Shown piece by piece: positions 62,231 to 64,000 of a stretch of 64,000 bases of DNA (positions are counted from its first letter, which is position 1; the number at the start of each line of letters is the position of its first letter). The notes beneath the pieces were generated by a model. It made no database searches and was not told where the DNA came from. It saw only the letters and a program-made list of their open reading frames with translations. The position numbers and the translations under genes are program-made. Origin of the DNA: a virus (Duplodnaviria; Heunggongvirae; Uroviricota; Caudoviricetes); IMG/VR virus record IMGVR_UViG_3300049919_000418, positions 22,928 to 86,927 of that record, one strand, 5' to 3'.

Positions 62231-63880
62231 ATGAGTAAAAAATATCAATGGCTAAATAAAGAGAGCAGAGTCTTTCTGTCTCGTGGGTATCTTGAAGAGG
62301 GGGTAACTCCAGAGGCTAGAATAAGACAAATCGCAGAGAGAGCGGAGTCAATTTTAAAAATTGATGGATTTGCGGATAAATTTGAGGACTATATGGAGAG
62401 GGGCTTCTTTTCCATGTCAACCCCGGTTTGGAATAATTTTGGGAACGAAAGGGGCCTACCTGTTGCCTGTTACGGATCATATATAAGCGATTGCACAACA
62501 AAGATTTTTGAAAAGGTTGGTGAGGTCGGAATAATGTCCAAGCTCGGAGGGGGGACTTCAGCATATTTCGGTGACGTGAGGGCGCGAGGATCTAACATTT
62601 CAACCGGGGGGAAAACAGACGGACCCATTAGGTTTATGGAGTTGTTTGACAAAACAACAGATGTTATCTCCCAAGGTTCAAGTCGAAGAGGCAGCTTCGT
62701 TGCGTATCTTCCGGTCGAACATCCAGATATTGAAGAATTTCTCCATATCAAAGCGGAGGGCAATCCGATTCAGAATATGAGCTTTGCCGTAACGATATCG
62801 GACGATTGGATGAATGACCTTAAAAACGGGGACAAAGCTAAAAGAAAAATTTGGGCGAAAATAATTCAGAAAAAATTTGAAACGGGCTTCCCTTATATTA
62901 TGTTTTCCGACAATACTAATAACGCCGCGCCACAAGTCTATAAAGATAAGGGCATGAAAATTAAGGCTTCAAATTTGTGTTCCGAAATTCAGCTATTTTC
63001 CGACGAATTTAATTCCTTCGTTTGCGTTTTGTCCTCTTTTAATCTTTTAAAATGGGATGAAATAAAAGAAACGGACGCAATTGAAACCTTGATTTACTTT
63101 TTGGATGCGGTGAACGAAGAGTTCGTAAATAAAACGGAAGGGGTTAAATTCATGGAAACTGCGAACCACTTCGCTAAAACGCAAAGAGCTTTGGGTGCGG
63201 GAGTTTTGGGGTGGCACTCGTTACTTCAGTCGAAATCGATTCCATTCGAATCTATGGAAGCAAAATTTTTAAATTCAGAAATATTTAGCACAATCAGGGA
63301 TCGCGCCGATAAAGCTACGGAGGAATTGGCGAAGATTTTTGGGGAGCCCGAATTATTGAAGGGGTATGGGCGTAGGAACGTAACGACGCTTGCTGTTGCT
63401 CCAACAACCTCGTCTTCGTTTATTTTAGGGCAAGTTTCCCAAGGGGTTGAGCCGATTAATTCGAACTTTTACACGTCAAAACTCGCAAAAGGGACGTTTA
63501 CAATTAAAAACATTTATTTGAAAGAACTTTTAAAAACTAAGGGTCGCGATAGTGACGAAACTTGGAAAAGTATTCTGTCTAAAGGGGGATCGGTTCAACA
63601 TTTAGATTTTCTTTCTCAAGAGGAGAAGGATGTTTTTAAAACCTTTGGAGAGATAAGCCAAAAAGAAATCGTTATTCAGAACATTCAAAGGCAAAAATAC
63701 GTTGATCAAGCAATTTCTCTGAACTTGATGGTTCCACACGGCGCGAAAGCCAAAGAGGTTAGTGATTTAATGATTTTCGGATGGGAAAATGGAATAAAAA
63801 CCTTTTATTATCAAAGAAGTAGTTCACCAAGTCTGGACGCCGTTCGGTCAATTATGGAATGTAAGAGTTGCGAATCTTAA
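62231..63880 (+). CDS. nrdA: Ribonucleotide reductase alpha subunit (short, no ATP-cone)
   Basis: PVAC, GGTSA, SRRGS, SNLCSEI, APTTSSS, KTFYY, C-terminal CKSC. Confidence 0.92.
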   Translation: MSKKYQWLNKESRVFLSRGYLEEGVTPEARIRQIAERAESILKIDGFADKFEDYMERGFFSMSTPVWNNFGNERGLPVACYGSYISDCTTKIFEKVGEVGIMSKLGGGTSAYFGDVRARGSNISTGGKTDGPIRFMELFDKTTDVISQGSSRRGSFVAYLPVEHPDIEEFLHIKAEGNPIQNMSFAVTISDDWMNDLKNGDKAKRKIWAKIIQKKFETGFPYIMFSDNTNNAAPQVYKDKGMKIKASNLCSEIQLFSDEFNSFVCVLSSFNLLKWDEIKETDAIETLIYFLDAVNEEFVNKTEGVKFMETANHFAKTQRALGAGVLGWHSLLQSKSIPFESMEAKFLNSEIFSTIRDRADKATEELAKIFGEPELLKGYGRRNVTTLAVAPTTSSSFILGQVSQGVEPINSNFYTSKLAKGTFTIKNIYLKELLKTKGRDSDETWKSILSKGGSVQHLDFLSQEEKDVFKTFGEISQKEIVIQNIQRQKYVDQAISLNLMVPHGAKAKEVSDLMIFGWENGIKTFYYQRSSSPSLDAVRSIMECKSCES

Positions 63881-63887
63881 CTATATA

Positions 63888-64000
63888 TGAATAAAAATAG
63901 ACCCTACGCGCTTTTTATCGATGATGTTAGAATGCCAAACGTCGCTTATCTATACGGGCAGAGAAAAAATCTTATCGATGAGTCACGAATTCCGCAAGGT
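63888..64000 (+). CDS. Partial ORF, receiver-like 'cyclic-phosphate processing' domain candidate
   Basis: ALFIDDVRMP N-terminal motif; runs off the window. Confidence 0.4.

Noticed and set aside
1-64000. Stop-codon reassignment suggested by UCA/UUA/CUA-containing tRNA-like loops
   Set aside because: All recognisable genes, including structural ones, are full length in code 11, and TAA, TGA and TAG all occur as genuine stops.

Overview
A 64-kb segment of a large, AT-rich tailed dsDNA phage genome (jumbo-phage-like), read in standard code 11. It has three blocks. (1) 1-14.8 kb (+): tail module, with a tape-measure-like gene, six tail/baseplate-type genes and a GC-rich distal cassette. (2) 14.8-41.1 kb (-): replication genes (DnaE encoded in three pieces, DnaQ-like exonuclease, ClpP, primase, DnaB, RecA, SSB, nucleases) interleaved with a glycosylation cluster (GT4, GT7-like, fungal-type GT15, GT2, GT11, Gmd, methyltransferases). 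(3) 41.5-64 kb (+): truncated sigma factor, nucleotide-metabolism genes, a MoxR/VWA pair, an isolated tail fibre, about 21 recognisable tRNAs plus about 10 aberrant tRNA-like genes, tmRNA, CCA-adding enzyme, PTH2, HNH endonucleases, Pif1 helicase and a class Id-like RNR. The most unusual items are a naturally split DnaE intein with an HNH endonuclease fused to its N-half, a tRNA-Lys(CUU) with a 35-nt hairpin intron in BHB-like geometry, an internally scrambled tRNA-Arg(UCU), a tRNA with a 50-nt T-arm insertion, and long-variable-arm tRNA-Asn and tRNA-Thr. All tRNA folds were done by hand, and protein family calls come from recognised motifs, not database searches.
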